The notes beneath the pieces are model-generated. The model searched no databases. It was not told where the DNA came from and saw nothing but the letters and a program-made list of their open reading frames with translations. A stretch of DNA of 64,000 nt from Paraspadella gotoi. Its lineage: Eukaryota > Animalia > Chaetognatha. The stretch lies in NCBI GenBank assembly GCA_051294375.1, contig CM119265.1, positions 17,015,172 to 17,079,171 of the forward strand, read 5' to 3'. Below, in pieces: positions 1 through 11,674 of this stretch (the stretch's first letter is position 1; every line of letters starts with the position of its first letter). Position numbers and translations under genes: made by a program.

Positions 1-260
1 TAAAATTTTTATTTAAAGTAAAAATAAAAGAGTTAACAATCGGAATTATTAAAGTTTTCAACCCGGAGTCAGATTTTAAAAAAATCTTCTATGGCAAAAA
101 TCTTCCAAAGAAGGGGTATATTTTCCAAAGATTTTGGTTAATATTTTATATATTTATAGTCGGATTTTTTTAAAACTTAATAATAGCAATAATACCATTA
201 TTCCATATTGGCCGGTATATAAAAAAAAATTTTAAATTTTTTCATCAGAGCTTAGTCCTA
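1..260. repeat. Interspersed repeat; inverted copy at ~26078-26346
   Basis: Co-linear similarity over ~260 bp (TCAACC.GGAGTCAGATT, AATCTTCCAAAGAAGGGGT, TCAGAGCTTAGTCCTA). Confidence 0.85.
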
Positions 261-307
261 AGTAACGTCTGGCGAGATCACTATACTTAAGATTTTTTAT
301 ATTTGAG

Positions 308-1399
308 GTCGAGAATCCGTTTTGTCACAATTTTCAACCTCGCTGAAGAATCTAAAAGTTGAAACTGTGGATATTCTTTATCTTCATGCCCCGGATCACG
401 ATACACCACTCGAGGAAACTTTGGCAGCTGTTCAAGAGCTTTACAAGGATGGAAAATTCAAGGAATTCGGCTTGTCAAACTACTCTTCGTGGCTGGTGTC
501 CGAAATAGTTAACATCTGCAAGAATCACCACTGGATTACTCCCACAATTTATCAGGTTTGGGGCCAACTGGAACCTTCCCAGTCGTTTCTTTTTTTACTC
601 GCATATATCCTTACCATAATTTTTACTTTCGCCGGCCGGGGTTAGGGGGGGTTTAGGGTGGTTTTAAGAGTCTTTAAGTTTAAGGTTAGGATTAGGAGCG
701 GTTGGGGTTAAGGGTAGTTTTTGAAAATTTTTGTATTCTTACCATTGTTACGAGTTACCAGTAAAATTTCTTTATATTGTTGCTTGTAAGAAACTGGGGG
801 GGGGAAAATCACCGGCTGGAAAATCTTAAGCAATGAATGTAAAATTTCGCCAGGTTTGGCATAAATTATAGGAAGTCGTAATGTTATAGCGACGGGCAAC
901 TTCTTTTTAGGGAATGTATAACGCCGTGACTCGTCACATTGAAGAATTGATTCCATGCCTACGTTATCACGGCATCAGATTATATACGTACAACCCGTTA
1001 GGGGGCGGAATTCTTACTGGAAAATACAAGTATGATCAAAAGGACAATGAAACAATTCCCGTGGGTCGGTTCAATGGTTGGCCATGGGCACAAGCTTATA
1101 GGGAGCGATACTGGAAGAAGGATCATTTCGATATAATGGAGCGGTTCGGAAACATACTCGGAAAAAATTATCCCAATGAAAACGTCGGGTGTTCCGAGGC
1201 CGCCTACCGCTGGTTAATACATCATTCTGCGCTGGAAGGAGAATTGGGCGATGCCATTATCGTGGGAAGTTCGCGCCTAGAACAACTGAGGACTAATTTG
1301 AGTTATGCGTCTAAAGGTCCTCTCAAACCAGAGGTCGTTACATTCTTTGAAGAATGGTGGAATGCAACCAGGCAGCACTCACCTTGTTACTATCGATAA
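308..1399 (+). CDS. AKR7A: Aldo-keto reductase family 7 (aflatoxin aldehyde reductase-like), 3' part; exons ~308-556 and 911-1399
   Basis: Motifs VDILYLHAPDH..TPLEETL, GKFKEFGLSNY..W, PT.YQG|MYNAVTR, YNPLGGGILTGKY, AAYRWLIHHS, IIVGSS. GT-AG intron 557-910. Start codon lies outside the window. Confidence 0.88.
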
Positions 1400-2107
1400 A
1401 TTTTGATATATATAGGCTTTTGATCATCATTGTTGCAGTATTGTAACAGGATCCGGCATGTTCAAGGTGTTCGGACTTAGTAACGTTCTTGCGGGCACGT
1501 AACACTACAAGTATTAATTATATACATAATAAACAAAGGTTTATCACTTATCAGTGAAGTATTAACTAGTAAAATAACTGACAGCATTTAAACGTGATTA
1601 CATAACTACACAGGTACGAAACATTAGACCACAAGATGTGAATGATACCTCATCTAAATGTTTATTAAAATAACTATGTATTATATGATTTATACTGTAT
1701 TTATCTTCTGGCTATGGCACACCTTTTACATTAAATGGATATTTTTTGTATTGGTTAACTTGATTTCGACTTTGGACAGTGAATAACTCAAACTTGCATT
1801 GAACGAGAAAGACTCGACAGGATATCACTAAAACTCACTTTTTAAGTTAGAATTCTCGGAAAATTGTAAACGGCCAAATATTTTATTTCAAAAAAATCTA
1901 TCACAGATTTAGATTGTGACAAAACATTTCCAAAGATTTTTATTACAAAACACTTTATATAAATAAACTGGTTTAAGTTTTAATCTAGCAAAGTCAGTTT
2001 TTCTTAACTTTCGTTTCGGCAACGTTCTTCACATTTACGCGACACGAGTCAATTTAATTTTTATCACTCGGAAAACTGACAATCCCAAGAGAATCGGAGG
2101 GCGATTG

Positions 2108-5100
2108 TTATTCTACATCCGCCTTAGCCTTGGAAACATCGTCTTTTTTGATGGCGAGGTCAAGGATTTTGTTAATTCGAGAGACAAATTTGCGAGGGTC
2201 GTCGGCGAGACCAGCTTCCACCATGGCGTTGTCGTAGAGTTGGATGGCGACGAGCTCGGCTAGTTGCGGGTCGCGCGTCCGAAGATTATTCAGATTTTTA
2301 ACGAGATCGTGGGCGGGATTTACTTCGAAAGAAGTCTGCATTAATCGCCACTTTTCCTCCTCGGGAATTTTTTGCATCGAGGTCTGTAAAAAAAATATCA
2401 AATTAAAATCTCAAGCACCAAAACAATTACAGAAATTAGATAAGTATACCTGTAGAAAATGTCTGACGGCACCGAGTTGGGGAACAGTCACAACAACTGG
2501 ATGCGTGGTTAGTCGCGACGAAATTTTGACGCTGCTGACGCGTTCGCCGAGGACTCGATCTTTGAGCCAAGATACGAGAGAATCTGCCTCGTTTTGAGTC
2601 ATCGACAAAGGATTCGATGAGTCTACCTCGTTAGATGACGATGAATCCTCCTATAGTTTGATGAATGAAATTGGTACAACCAATATAAAAATTATCCATT
2701 CATTTAATAAATAAGCTATCTTGCCCCTGACTTTGGACGGCTTGGTGGTTTAAGGCCTCCTTCACTCTTACAAGATAATGTCATAATCTTGATTGATAGC
2801 TTGCAGGGACCAACTCTGTCTCGTTTATTCACTCCGAGTACCAGGCTTCCCTATCAATGAAGTGGAATAATATTTCAAAGAATGTTTAAATTGTATTAAA
2901 AGACCACTCCTTTATGTATTAGATCGGAGAATACTTATTCTATAAATAAAAAAATATTAGACTAATATTGTAGTGTAGAAGTTATAGAAAAGATTTAAAG
3001 ATGCTTAGTAGAAAAAAATGTTTTGGTAAAAGAACTATTATTACCTGAATTGCATTTTCGATCGACTTGATGGTTTTTTTGTCAAACTGGCCAAGTTGCA
3101 TCATCGTCAAATCGTCATATTGTTCGTAACAAAAGAGGACTTCAACTTCTTTTTTTCTCATGACTTCCATATAAGGCGAATTTTCCGCCATCTCGCTGAA
3201 AAAAGGCGTTCGCGTTTAATCGTGAAAATTTTTTTAAAAATAAATTCGTCACTATCCGTCCGTACCGGTTAGGAGCTGCTAAATAATATATCTCCTTTTG
3301 TTCAGACTTCATCCCTCTCACGTAATCGTTAAGGCTGGCCGTTTCTCCGGGCGGTTTTCGTGAAGAGTCGAAGCGTAACAATTTTGCAATATCTTCTTTG
3401 TCGCTTTGATCTTGCGAAGTCACGATTCCCTCCCTGTAGATTGAAAAAAAAAAAAGCTCCATTGTTTATATAATAAATTCAGGTCACGATTTTAATCCAT
3501 TGTATTATGAACCTTTGTATTATTCACCTGATGAAAAAGCCGTAATCGTCAAAGAGTTTTTTGTATTCTTCGGGTTGCTTCTTCGCTTTCTCTCCCAGAA
3601 ACTTCACTATTCGCGCCGTCAAAACATTCGAGAGTTTCCGAATGAGCGCAGAGTCTTGAAGGAGCTCGCGACTAAGGTTGAGGGGAATGTCTTCTGAGTC
3701 TACGACGCCTTTGACCCAACGCAGCCACTTGGGCAGCAGAGTTTGGTTTGAAGGTTGAATGAGAACTCGACGACTGTAAAGGGCGATTCCTCTGCGCGGA
3801 AAGTATTAAGATTACATTTTATTTTAATAACACTTAAGGCCTAAAATACTAATGCCTACCTATCAGTTAGGTCCGTTTCACGGGATAGTTCAAAGATTCC
3901 GGGTTTATGAGAGGGGAAATAAAATATGCTACGAATGGAAATGGGCGAATCCGTTTTGTAATGCAGATAGAATCGGGGAGAGTCATATGCCTATGAAATG
4001 CAAAATCTCCAAAGTTATTTGAAAATAATTTTAGATTCAACGTACAATAACAACATAATACCTTTGAGATAAATCTGTAGAAGTCTTCGTGCATATCGTC
4101 AGTGACTTCGCTAGTATTCATGAGCCACAACGGTTGGACAACATTGACCTTTTTTCCGTTCACAAATATGGGGGCATTTACAAAGTTGCTGTCAAGAGAT
4201 TATTTTGTAATAATCTTTCACTACAGGTACAACAAATAACATTTCTAACCTGTATTTTTCCACCGTTAGCTTGACGTGATCCTCCTCGGCGAATTCATAC
4301 GCATCTCCCTTTAAATGAATAACGATTTTGGAACCAACTTTAATCCCTTCCGCCTCCACAAGATCGAACTTTCCAGATCCGTCGGAACTCCATCTGTCGA
4401 AGACAGCCACAGTCAATCATTCTATCAACGCGATCCAACTTCATAATTTCCTTACCTGTACCCAACGTCTTCGCCCGACTTTCGCGAGAATACCTCCACC
4501 TTATTTCCGACCATAAAAGTAGAATAAAATCCGACACCAAACTGGCCGATCATTGAGGACGCATCCGACTTTTCTGTCTCCTCCAAAAATTTTTTGGTTC
4601 CGGAACGGGCAATGGTGCCTTAGGAAAAGGGGAAAAAATTGACTTCCGCGTTTTTGTTTTGTTTTTTTCCTTCCAAATTCTATGTATTGTGGCGGTATAT
4701 TCAGGGGGGGGACGCACCATCCCAAGCGTTATGTTCCATCCACACTCCATAGTTCTAACAACTACCTTCTGCGTTGGCAAAGCGAGACCGTCCGAGGGTA
4801 ACCGCGCAAGTGACAGGACGCGTAAATGAGGGTCGAAAGCCCCCAAAGCCAACAGCCAACAGCCAACAGCCTCATGCCAATGGGCATCACAGGCAACCCG
4901 ACTGTTGCAGTATAAAGTCAAATACCTAAATTTTCCACGAGCTCGTCTTTCGACATTCCGATTCCGGTGTCCTTGAATTGTCAGAGTCTTCCGAGTCCCG
5001 TCAGTTCCGATGTGAATTTCGAAATGGGTCTCGTCGTCGCTCCCCTCTGTCCAAGAAAAAGACAATTTTGAAACTAACTTCGATCGGGGAATTCAAGTGA

Positions 5101-5683
5101 CTTACCGGTTCGCTGCAGTTGCATGTGGCGTAATTTCTCCAGCGCGTCGGAAGCGTTGGAAATGAGTTCACGCAGGAAGACCTCCTTGTCCGAGTAGAGG
5201 GACTTCGCGGCGATTTCCAGCAGACGACGCGTTTCTGCTTGAAACTCGTGCGACACCGTTTCTCCTGGCCAAATTTAAGGAAAGTATGTACAATTTGTAG
5301 TACATTGTCTCATCAATCAAAAAGCTATCCGTCGATGAACCTTTAACAGTTTCGGTGTCTCTAATGATGTTGTGGTAATCGGCATTCGACTCAACGTCAG
5401 TCTCCTCCTTCTTTTCCGTTTGCGTCGAAAATGCTCTCAAACTTTCGACGGTAATGTTGCCGAAAGGTGATGATGCCAAGCTTATATAAGGTTTGCAAGG
5501 AAATACTTATTACAATTGTACTATTTTGGAATTATCAAAGAGTAGCATTTTTACTAACCTACGAGTCAGCGTAGCGGGAATCGCTTGCATAGAAGGTTTG
5601 AGCGAACGCAATTGACAAAATGTTTTCGAACTATACCGACCACAAGTTTGCAACAAACGCATGTTACGAGTCACGGAAGCCAT
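2108..5683 (-). CDS. TRAP1: Mitochondrial Hsp90 (TRAP1/Hsp75), multi-exon, with an apparent 1-nt frameshift near 4972
   Basis: [88 protein letters not shown]. Arg/Ser/Leu-rich N-terminus resembling a targeting peptide. No MEEVD tail. Confidence 0.93.
2667..2745. repeat. Short repeat with an inverted copy at ~56385-56465
   Basis: AAATTGGTACAACCAAT.TAAAAATTATCCATTCATTTAATAAATAAGCTAT.TTGCCCCTGACTTTGGAC is near-identical in reverse complement. Confidence 0.85.
4688..4909. mobile_element. Solo-LTR/TRIM-like element (222 bp) in a TRAP1 intron
   Basis: Begins TG, ends CA, flanked by a 4-bp direct repeat GTAT (4684-4687 and 4910-4913). Homologous copies occur elsewhere in the window. Confidence 0.65.
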
Positions 5684-5933
5684 TGTTTAAAGAAAGCCGG
5701 ATAAACAGTTCTGACACCAAGAAATCCTAGTTCAATATCTAACGAGAACCAATATTTAACGTTATACAAAATTTTAATACGCAATAAAAAAGCTGATAAT
5801 TCAACTTTATCATAGATATTTCACAACAATGTTTGAAAACAATTAAACGAAATGCTTAAAGAATGGAAAAACTACAGCTGGACGATACCTACATTAGATG
5901 ACAATGAATTTGTGATGCAAAACTCATATCAAT

Positions 5934-6908
5934 TTAACTTGCGACGACGGGAAAATTGGGAACGTCGCCAAACCATCTCGAGTTGTCGAGGGTCTCCAAA
6001 AAGTCGTCACTCCTGGCGATGAGTTCCGCGTTGGCACTCTCCACGTCGAAATCGGCGTTCGGATCGTCGGATTTCGACGGTTGGGGAGGGGGCGGCGCCG
6101 CGGGAGAGTCCGCGTCGTCCGCTGCAGCTTCGGAACCCTGATTCTGGTAGGCTTGCCAGTAATCGCCCCACTGGTTTGAGTATTGCTGATACTGCCAGTA
6201 CTGTTGCTGCTGATAGTACTGCTGCCATTGTTGCCAGCTTGAAGCGTCCCCATCGGGTTGCGATGACCAGTCGGACTGCCCAGACGGGACAGTCGAAGAT
6301 GATCCTCCGACAGAACTGGCGGATTGATCGTTCCACGAATCTTTTTGTTGTTCCCACTGTTTCCGAGGAGTAGCGCCGGAAACCCTGATAGGACGCGAGC
6401 CGATGCCGACCCAGTTTTGCATTTCTCTTAACGCAGAAAGCTGTTCACGTTGTTCGCCGAAACGGACGAAGCCGAACCCCCTCGAAATGCCACCCTGACC
6501 GAGCACGACCTTAGCGCCACGTGTGGATGGGTATCGCTTGTGGAAGACTTCGTAAAGCATGAAATCGTCGACGTCCTCGGAGAGGTCACCCACGAAGATG
6601 GAATATTCCTCGCCGAGATCTCTATTCTTCGAAGCAGTGTTGAGCTTGAAGCGGCGAGGCGGGTCTGAGTTTGGAATCGGCTTGCCGTTCAGGCGCAAGA
6701 GAGCTCTTTGTGAAGCTTCCTGAGACGGAAACTCAACAAAGCAGTAACCGGCCGACTGTCCGGTCGCGCGGTTCTTGATAACCTTTACCGAAGCAACAGA
6801 CTCGCCCACGGCTAGAAAACTGGTCGCGATGGAGGTTTCGTCCATCGAGTCGTCAAGATCTCCCATCCAGAGCGTCATCTGTTTCTTTTCCATAAAGTTA
6901 AAACTCAT
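5934..6908 (-). CDS. TRNAU1AP: tRNA selenocysteine 1-associated protein (SECp43); two RRMs plus a Gln/Tyr-rich tail; intronless
   Basis: LWMGDL, AGYCFVEF, RFKLN.A, EYSIFVGDL, SRGFGFVRF, IRVS.ATP, and C-terminal DV..AN.E.I..S..F...L..SRW. Confidence 0.9.
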   Translation of the reverse strand: MSFNFMEKKQMTLWMGDLDDSMDETSIATSFLAVGESVASVKVIKNRATGQSAGYCFVEFPSQEASQRALLRLNGKPIPNSDPPRRFKLNTASKNRDLGEEYSIFVGDLSEDVDDFMLYEVFHKRYPSTRGAKVVLGQGGISRGFGFVRFGEQREQLSALREMQNWVGIGSRPIRVSGATPRKQWEQQKDSWNDQSASSVGGSSSTVPSGQSDWSSQPDGDASSWQQWQQYYQQQQYWQYQQYSNQWGDYWQAYQNQGSEAAADDADSPAAPPPPQPSKSDDPNADFDVESANAELIARSDDFLETLDNSRWFGDVPNFPVVAS

Positions 6909-7666
6909 TTTGACGTAATGTTTTATTTATTACGAAAACTGAATAAGAGCCAAAATGTGTTGTTGAAACAAAAAAAAATATAAATAAAGAGAAGTTTTTT
7001 TTAGATTTCGTGACAGTTTCACTCTAAAGTGCTTTTAAAAAAGCTAAGATTACGGCTCATAGGGAATTAACAAAGGAGCTCAATGTTTTTTTTAATTTTA
7101 GCCTAGCGTAATAAATTACTATTCAAACTAAATTTGACATTCAATTACATTTTACATGATTTTTTATAAGAAGACGCACTTACGCCTAATTTCGATGTAC
7201 TAAAATCCGCGCTTTAGTCGTCGTCGAGGGGAAAGCGAAGACGAGACGTGGGCACGAGATGACTAATTTACTGAGCGTTCGAATCCAACAAAACGTTTAT
7301 ACTAACTTACAAAATTTATTTCAAGGAAGAATACTTGTTATTGCATTAAAGATGATGGGTACCCTGCAGGGCAACAAAAAAAGCAACATTTTCATTCAGA
7401 TTGTCCTTAAAAAGCTAAATCCTATGAGAACACTGAAACTTTCTTCCTTCGAGTTACTTTAAAAGTTCAAAGAGGGAACACCGGTCGTCAAATATGTTGA
7501 TGCAAAAATGGGTAAAAATGCGAATGTCTACGAGCCAAATAAAGGGTCGGAAGCGTTCAAAGGCTTATGTACAGAGTCACTGGACGAAAGGGTGGCGTCG
7601 CAGAGGAGACGTTCGGTTGGCGAGATTCTTCGACGGAGATCCTCGCATCGGAATCCACCGTCGTCT

Positions 7667-9490
7667 TCAGTGGGTTTGGCACTGAACGCCAGCCGGACCG
7701 TGGCCGTGGCGCTCGTCGTCGTCGTCTTCGTCGTACACGTTTCCGTTATGGTGACCTCCCCGAGATTTGCCAGGCATTTGGCCTGGTTCAACGTCCATGA
7801 GCATACACTCTTCCGCGGAACCGGGGATTTCCACTACCTGTAATCAATGCGAAATATTTAATAATAAACATTATTGATATTGATCGACCTCTTTAAAATT
7901 TACGCAAGAATTTGACATCTCTGCTCTCCCTCGACAAACATAAGCGATAATGGACTTACTTCTCGGGGAGGTAGAAGTTCCTCCAGTTGTGCCGCTTTCG
8001 ACGGATCAATCTTTTCGGGAAACTTTACTGAAAACTGAATAATGAGTCTTCCCTTGTCGTAGGGAGATCGATAGGTTGGCATTCCCTCGTTCATGATTTG
8101 TCGGATGTCGCCGTGCTTCATAATTTCTCCTGAGATTAATGTGTCAGGATTACATCACAAAATAATTTTATAGCACATCAAATTATCATCATACCTGGTA
8201 CGTGCGTGATGACTAGGGTTCTGTCGTCTAAGGTAGTGATGGTTCGTTGAAAACCGCAAAGCGCCTCTACTAGGTCGATTTCCAACTTGGTAAGAAGATC
8301 GCCGCCGTGGCGCTGGAAGGTTGGATGAGCCTTTTCGTCTAAAATGATGATGATGTCGCCAGGCTCCAAACCTAAAGAATAAACATTTAAACATCCAATT
8401 TTCTTTTTGTAATTGGAAGGGAAATAAAAAGAAACAAGCCATAACAACACATACATTAATTACATTATATCAATAACTTAGTTCTTAAGTTACTAAAACC
8501 CATCTGCATTTAAACATTTTGCCAACCCTTTAAATACCGGGTTCTTGATCGCCTTCGCCGTTAAAAGTGATTTTTTGTCCGTCCTTCATCCCCGGGTCAA
8601 CGTGTACTTCGAGTATTTTACGCTCGTGTACAATCTTACGTCCGTTACAAGTTTTGCATCTGAAAATATTTTAATTTTTTTAAATAATGAATAAAAATAA
8701 AGATTAATCACAGTCGCATCATTCTTAAAGGAACTAACCGGTCTTTGGCGCTGATAGACTCGCCCTGGCCTTGACATTGCGGACACTGGCTTTGGATTTG
8801 CTGCACCATGCCGGGACCTATCTGCTGGATTCGGACTTGCATGCCCGTACCTCGACAGTTAGAGCAGCTCTCAGGCTTCACTCCCTTTTTCCCACCAGTG
8901 CCTGGCAAAAAGGAAAAACATTTAATTGGGATTCATATCAAATATAAATTTGAGCCCACACTTACAAAGCCTCAACTAACTTACCTTCGCAGTTGTCGCA
9001 AATGACTTTCTTCTGCAGGGCGAGTTTTCGTACTGTGCCTTTGTACATATCCTCGAGCGAAACGGTTAGTTGATGCACGACGTCCTTACCCCGCCGTGGG
9101 CCGTCGCGTCTGCGACCGGAGGCATTCCCGCCGAAGAACATGTCGAAAATGTCCATCGGCGAGGAAAAGCCGCCGCCCCCCTTATCCTGCCCTTCTTTGA
9201 TGGCCTGTTCCCCTCCTTCATCGTAGATCTGTCTCTTTTTCTCGTCGGACAGGACTTCGTACGCTTGTGAAATGGATTTGAACTGGAAGGGCAAAAATAA
9301 TCAAATCATTCAACTTCATGGGAAAGACAAGCAAATCCCTGGCCCAACTTACCTTTTCGGCTGCGTCAGGTGCTGGATTTTTATCTGGATGGTGCTTTAA
9401 GGCTAATTTTCTGTAAGCTTTTTTTAATTCGTCGGATGAGGCCTTTGGGTTCACTCCGAGGAGGTCATAGTATTTCGTTTCTTTCACCAT
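7667..9490 (-). CDS. DNAJA1: Type I Hsp40 co-chaperone (DNAJA1/4-like); 7 exons: 9490-9353, 9282-8985, 8901-8739, 8659-8538, 8371-8195, 8129-7960, ~7837-7667
   Basis: [20 protein letters not shown]-domain, four CxxCxGxG-type zinc motifs, C-terminal CaaX (GVQCQTH*). All introns GT-AG. Confidence 0.92.
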
Positions 9491-9671
9491 TGTTATCGTC
9501 TAGCGAAGATAAACTAATGATTCTGGAAATGATTAAAAATGCAGTTATTTTCAAAGAAAGCCGTTGAAACAATGTCGATATAAAATGTGTCGCCAACAAG
9601 TCAAATTCGTATACGAAAACGATATAAAAAAGCCAAGAAAGATATAGAAAACCCCACGATGGATCAGAAAC

Positions 9672-9686
9672 GTTCTAGAAGCTTCG
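9672..9686. promoter_or_regulatory. Heat-shock element upstream of DNAJA
   Basis: gTTCtaGAAgcTTCg is three perfect alternating nGAAn units, ~180 bp upstream of a chaperone ATG. Confidence 0.75.
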
Positions 9687-9898
9687 AGCTCCTCGATGGA
9701 AATATGCTCGTTTCGGGGCGACATCTATGAATTCTAAGCCGGCTCGGGCATCAGCATGTAGAGTAAGAGGGGGAAAAGGTACAAACTCGCTTCTCTCTCC
9801 ATTCATCTTCCTCTTCCTTTCCGTCGTCTACTCGATCAAACTCTTCCTCGCCTCTCGTTTTGGCTTCGAAAAGGCACGTGATCATTCCCTAGTTAACC

Positions 9899-9911
9899 GT
9901 TGCTAGGTAAC
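9899..9911 (+). promoter_or_regulatory. RFX X-box upstream of IFT52
   Basis: GTTGCTAGGTAAC matches the X-box consensus, ~90 bp before the ATG of a ciliary gene. A second degenerate site lies at 9884-9897. Confidence 0.75.
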
Positions 9912-10002
9912 GAGTAAGCTCGTGTCGAAAACGAATTCCTTGTTCTCTAAAGTTTTTGAAAAAAAAAAGATAAGTTAGTACAAGACTAATTCAAAAGCTA
10001 AT

Positions 10003-11433
10003 ATGCCACCAGCGATGGAGAGACGCCTGAGAGAAGCGCGGGACAAGGATTCCTCGGGGTTCGAAAAAAACAAAACAGTAATATTTAACCTTTCGAAAGA
10101 CGAAGCGTTTCACCAGGGGAAGGGCTTCAAGACCCTCAATAAGAAGATGCGTTCCAATTACAAGATTACCGTGAATCGGGAAGAAATAACATACCAAAAA
10201 ATAGCCAACTGCCAGCTGATCGTTTTTGGAGGGCCTCGGAAAAAGTTCATGCAGTCGGAATTGGACGCGATCAAAAACGCCATCGAGACTGGAGGACAAT
10301 CCGTGTTGGTTCTACTGGGGGAAGGGGGAGAGTCAATCTGGGACACAAATATCAACGTCCTGCTCGAGGATTACGGAATGGAGATAAAGAGCGACTCCGT
10401 TGTCCGAACTCAATACTACAAGTACTTTCACCCAAAAGAGTGTCTTGTGTCGAACGGAATTCTGAACAGAGGAGTGGCCAAAGCGGCAGGCATTGTAATT
10501 TCGGACAAGACGGGCGACGACGACGCTAAAGTGGGAGAGGTTGGGTGGAGTTAAACAATTAAGCGAATAGCTTCTAAACATGTATATTAAATAATTCAAC
10601 TATTCATTAAAAACTAAAAAACAAACGTCTTTGGTTTCCATTAGATCGAGGGCGATTTCGTTTATCCCTTCGGTGCCACGATGAACGTCGTTAAGCCGGC
10701 TGTAGCGGTTCTCTCTACCGGAAGTGCTTCATTCCCGCTTAACCGCGCGGTCATGGGGTTCTATCGGCACGAACCCTCCGGCGGGAAACTCGTCGCGGTC
10801 GGTTCCATCCAGATGTTTGCCGACAACTACGTGGAAAAGGAGGACAACGCCAAGATTTTCGACGCCGTTTTCAAGTTTCTGACGAGCGACGAAGTCGATA
10901 TCAATGCCTTCGATGCCGAAGAGCCAGACTTGACAGACTACAACTTCATCCCTGACTCGGGGTTGTTGTCGGAGCAGCTGAAAGTTTGTCTCCAGGAGGG
11001 CGAGGACATATCCGGTGACTACAAGGACTTGTTTGACACTTCTATGTACGTAATGGACACGGGCACGGTGCCCAAAATGATCCACACATTCGAGGAGCTC
11101 GGTGTCAAGCACGAGCCGCTGACGCTGATCACGCCCAACTTCGAGACGCCGCTTCCCAGGCTCCAACCGGCAGTGTTCCCGCCGCAGTTCCGGGAGCTCC
11201 CACCGCCTGCGCTGGATCTTTTTGATCTCGACGAACAATTCTCTTCGGAACGTGTTCGATTGGCGCAGTTGACGAACAAATGCACAGACGACGATCTCGA
11301 ATATTACATCATGGAGTGTGGAGAGATTCTCGGCGTCAATCCGAAGCTGTCATCAGAAAAAAGAAGCGGAAAAAACATTTTGGAATATATATTTGCGCAA
11401 GTTGCAGAGTTTAAAAAACTAAATCAGGATTGA
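10003..11433 (+). CDS. IFT52: Intraflagellar transport protein 52; exons 10003-~10530/10539 and 10645-11433
   Basis: LLGEGGE...TNINVLLE.YG, DSVVRTQYYKYFHPKECLVSNGILNR, FVYPFGAT, PQFRELPPPALDLFDLDEQFSSE, EFKKLNQ. Confidence 0.95.
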
Positions 11434-11674
11434 GTTACAGTAGTATCAACACATTTAAAACCAATTTCGAATTTAGTTTTTGCTTTTCTTAAACATTTTT
11501 AAATATAACATTTGTTGTCACCCGTTTCCAATAGAGCGACATAATACTGTTTTTGGACGCTTAAAATACTGAAGGGGCTCCAAATTTTAGATACTTAAAT
11601 AAAAACAGGTCCTAAAATTTAAATATACTTTCGTTAGATAGCTGTTCAAACCCCACCTAAAAAAACGATCAACA

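Noticed and set aside
638-716. GGGTTA/TTAGGG-like tracts (also 12133-12200, 13335-13380, 32735-32775) as telomeres
   Set aside because: Short, degenerate and mostly enclosed by MITE-like inverted ends inside introns.
5934-6908. A selenoprotein or SECIS system around TRNAU1AP
   Set aside because: No in-frame TGA in any gene model and no SECIS or tRNA-Sec recognised.
10729-11238. Long antisense ORFs over IFT52, TRNAU1AP and the ETS exons
   Set aside because: Expected shadows of GC-rich coding sequence.
11524-11540. X-box for RSPH9 (GTTTCC...AGCGAC)
   Set aside because: The spacer of 5 nt exceeds the usual 0-3 nt.
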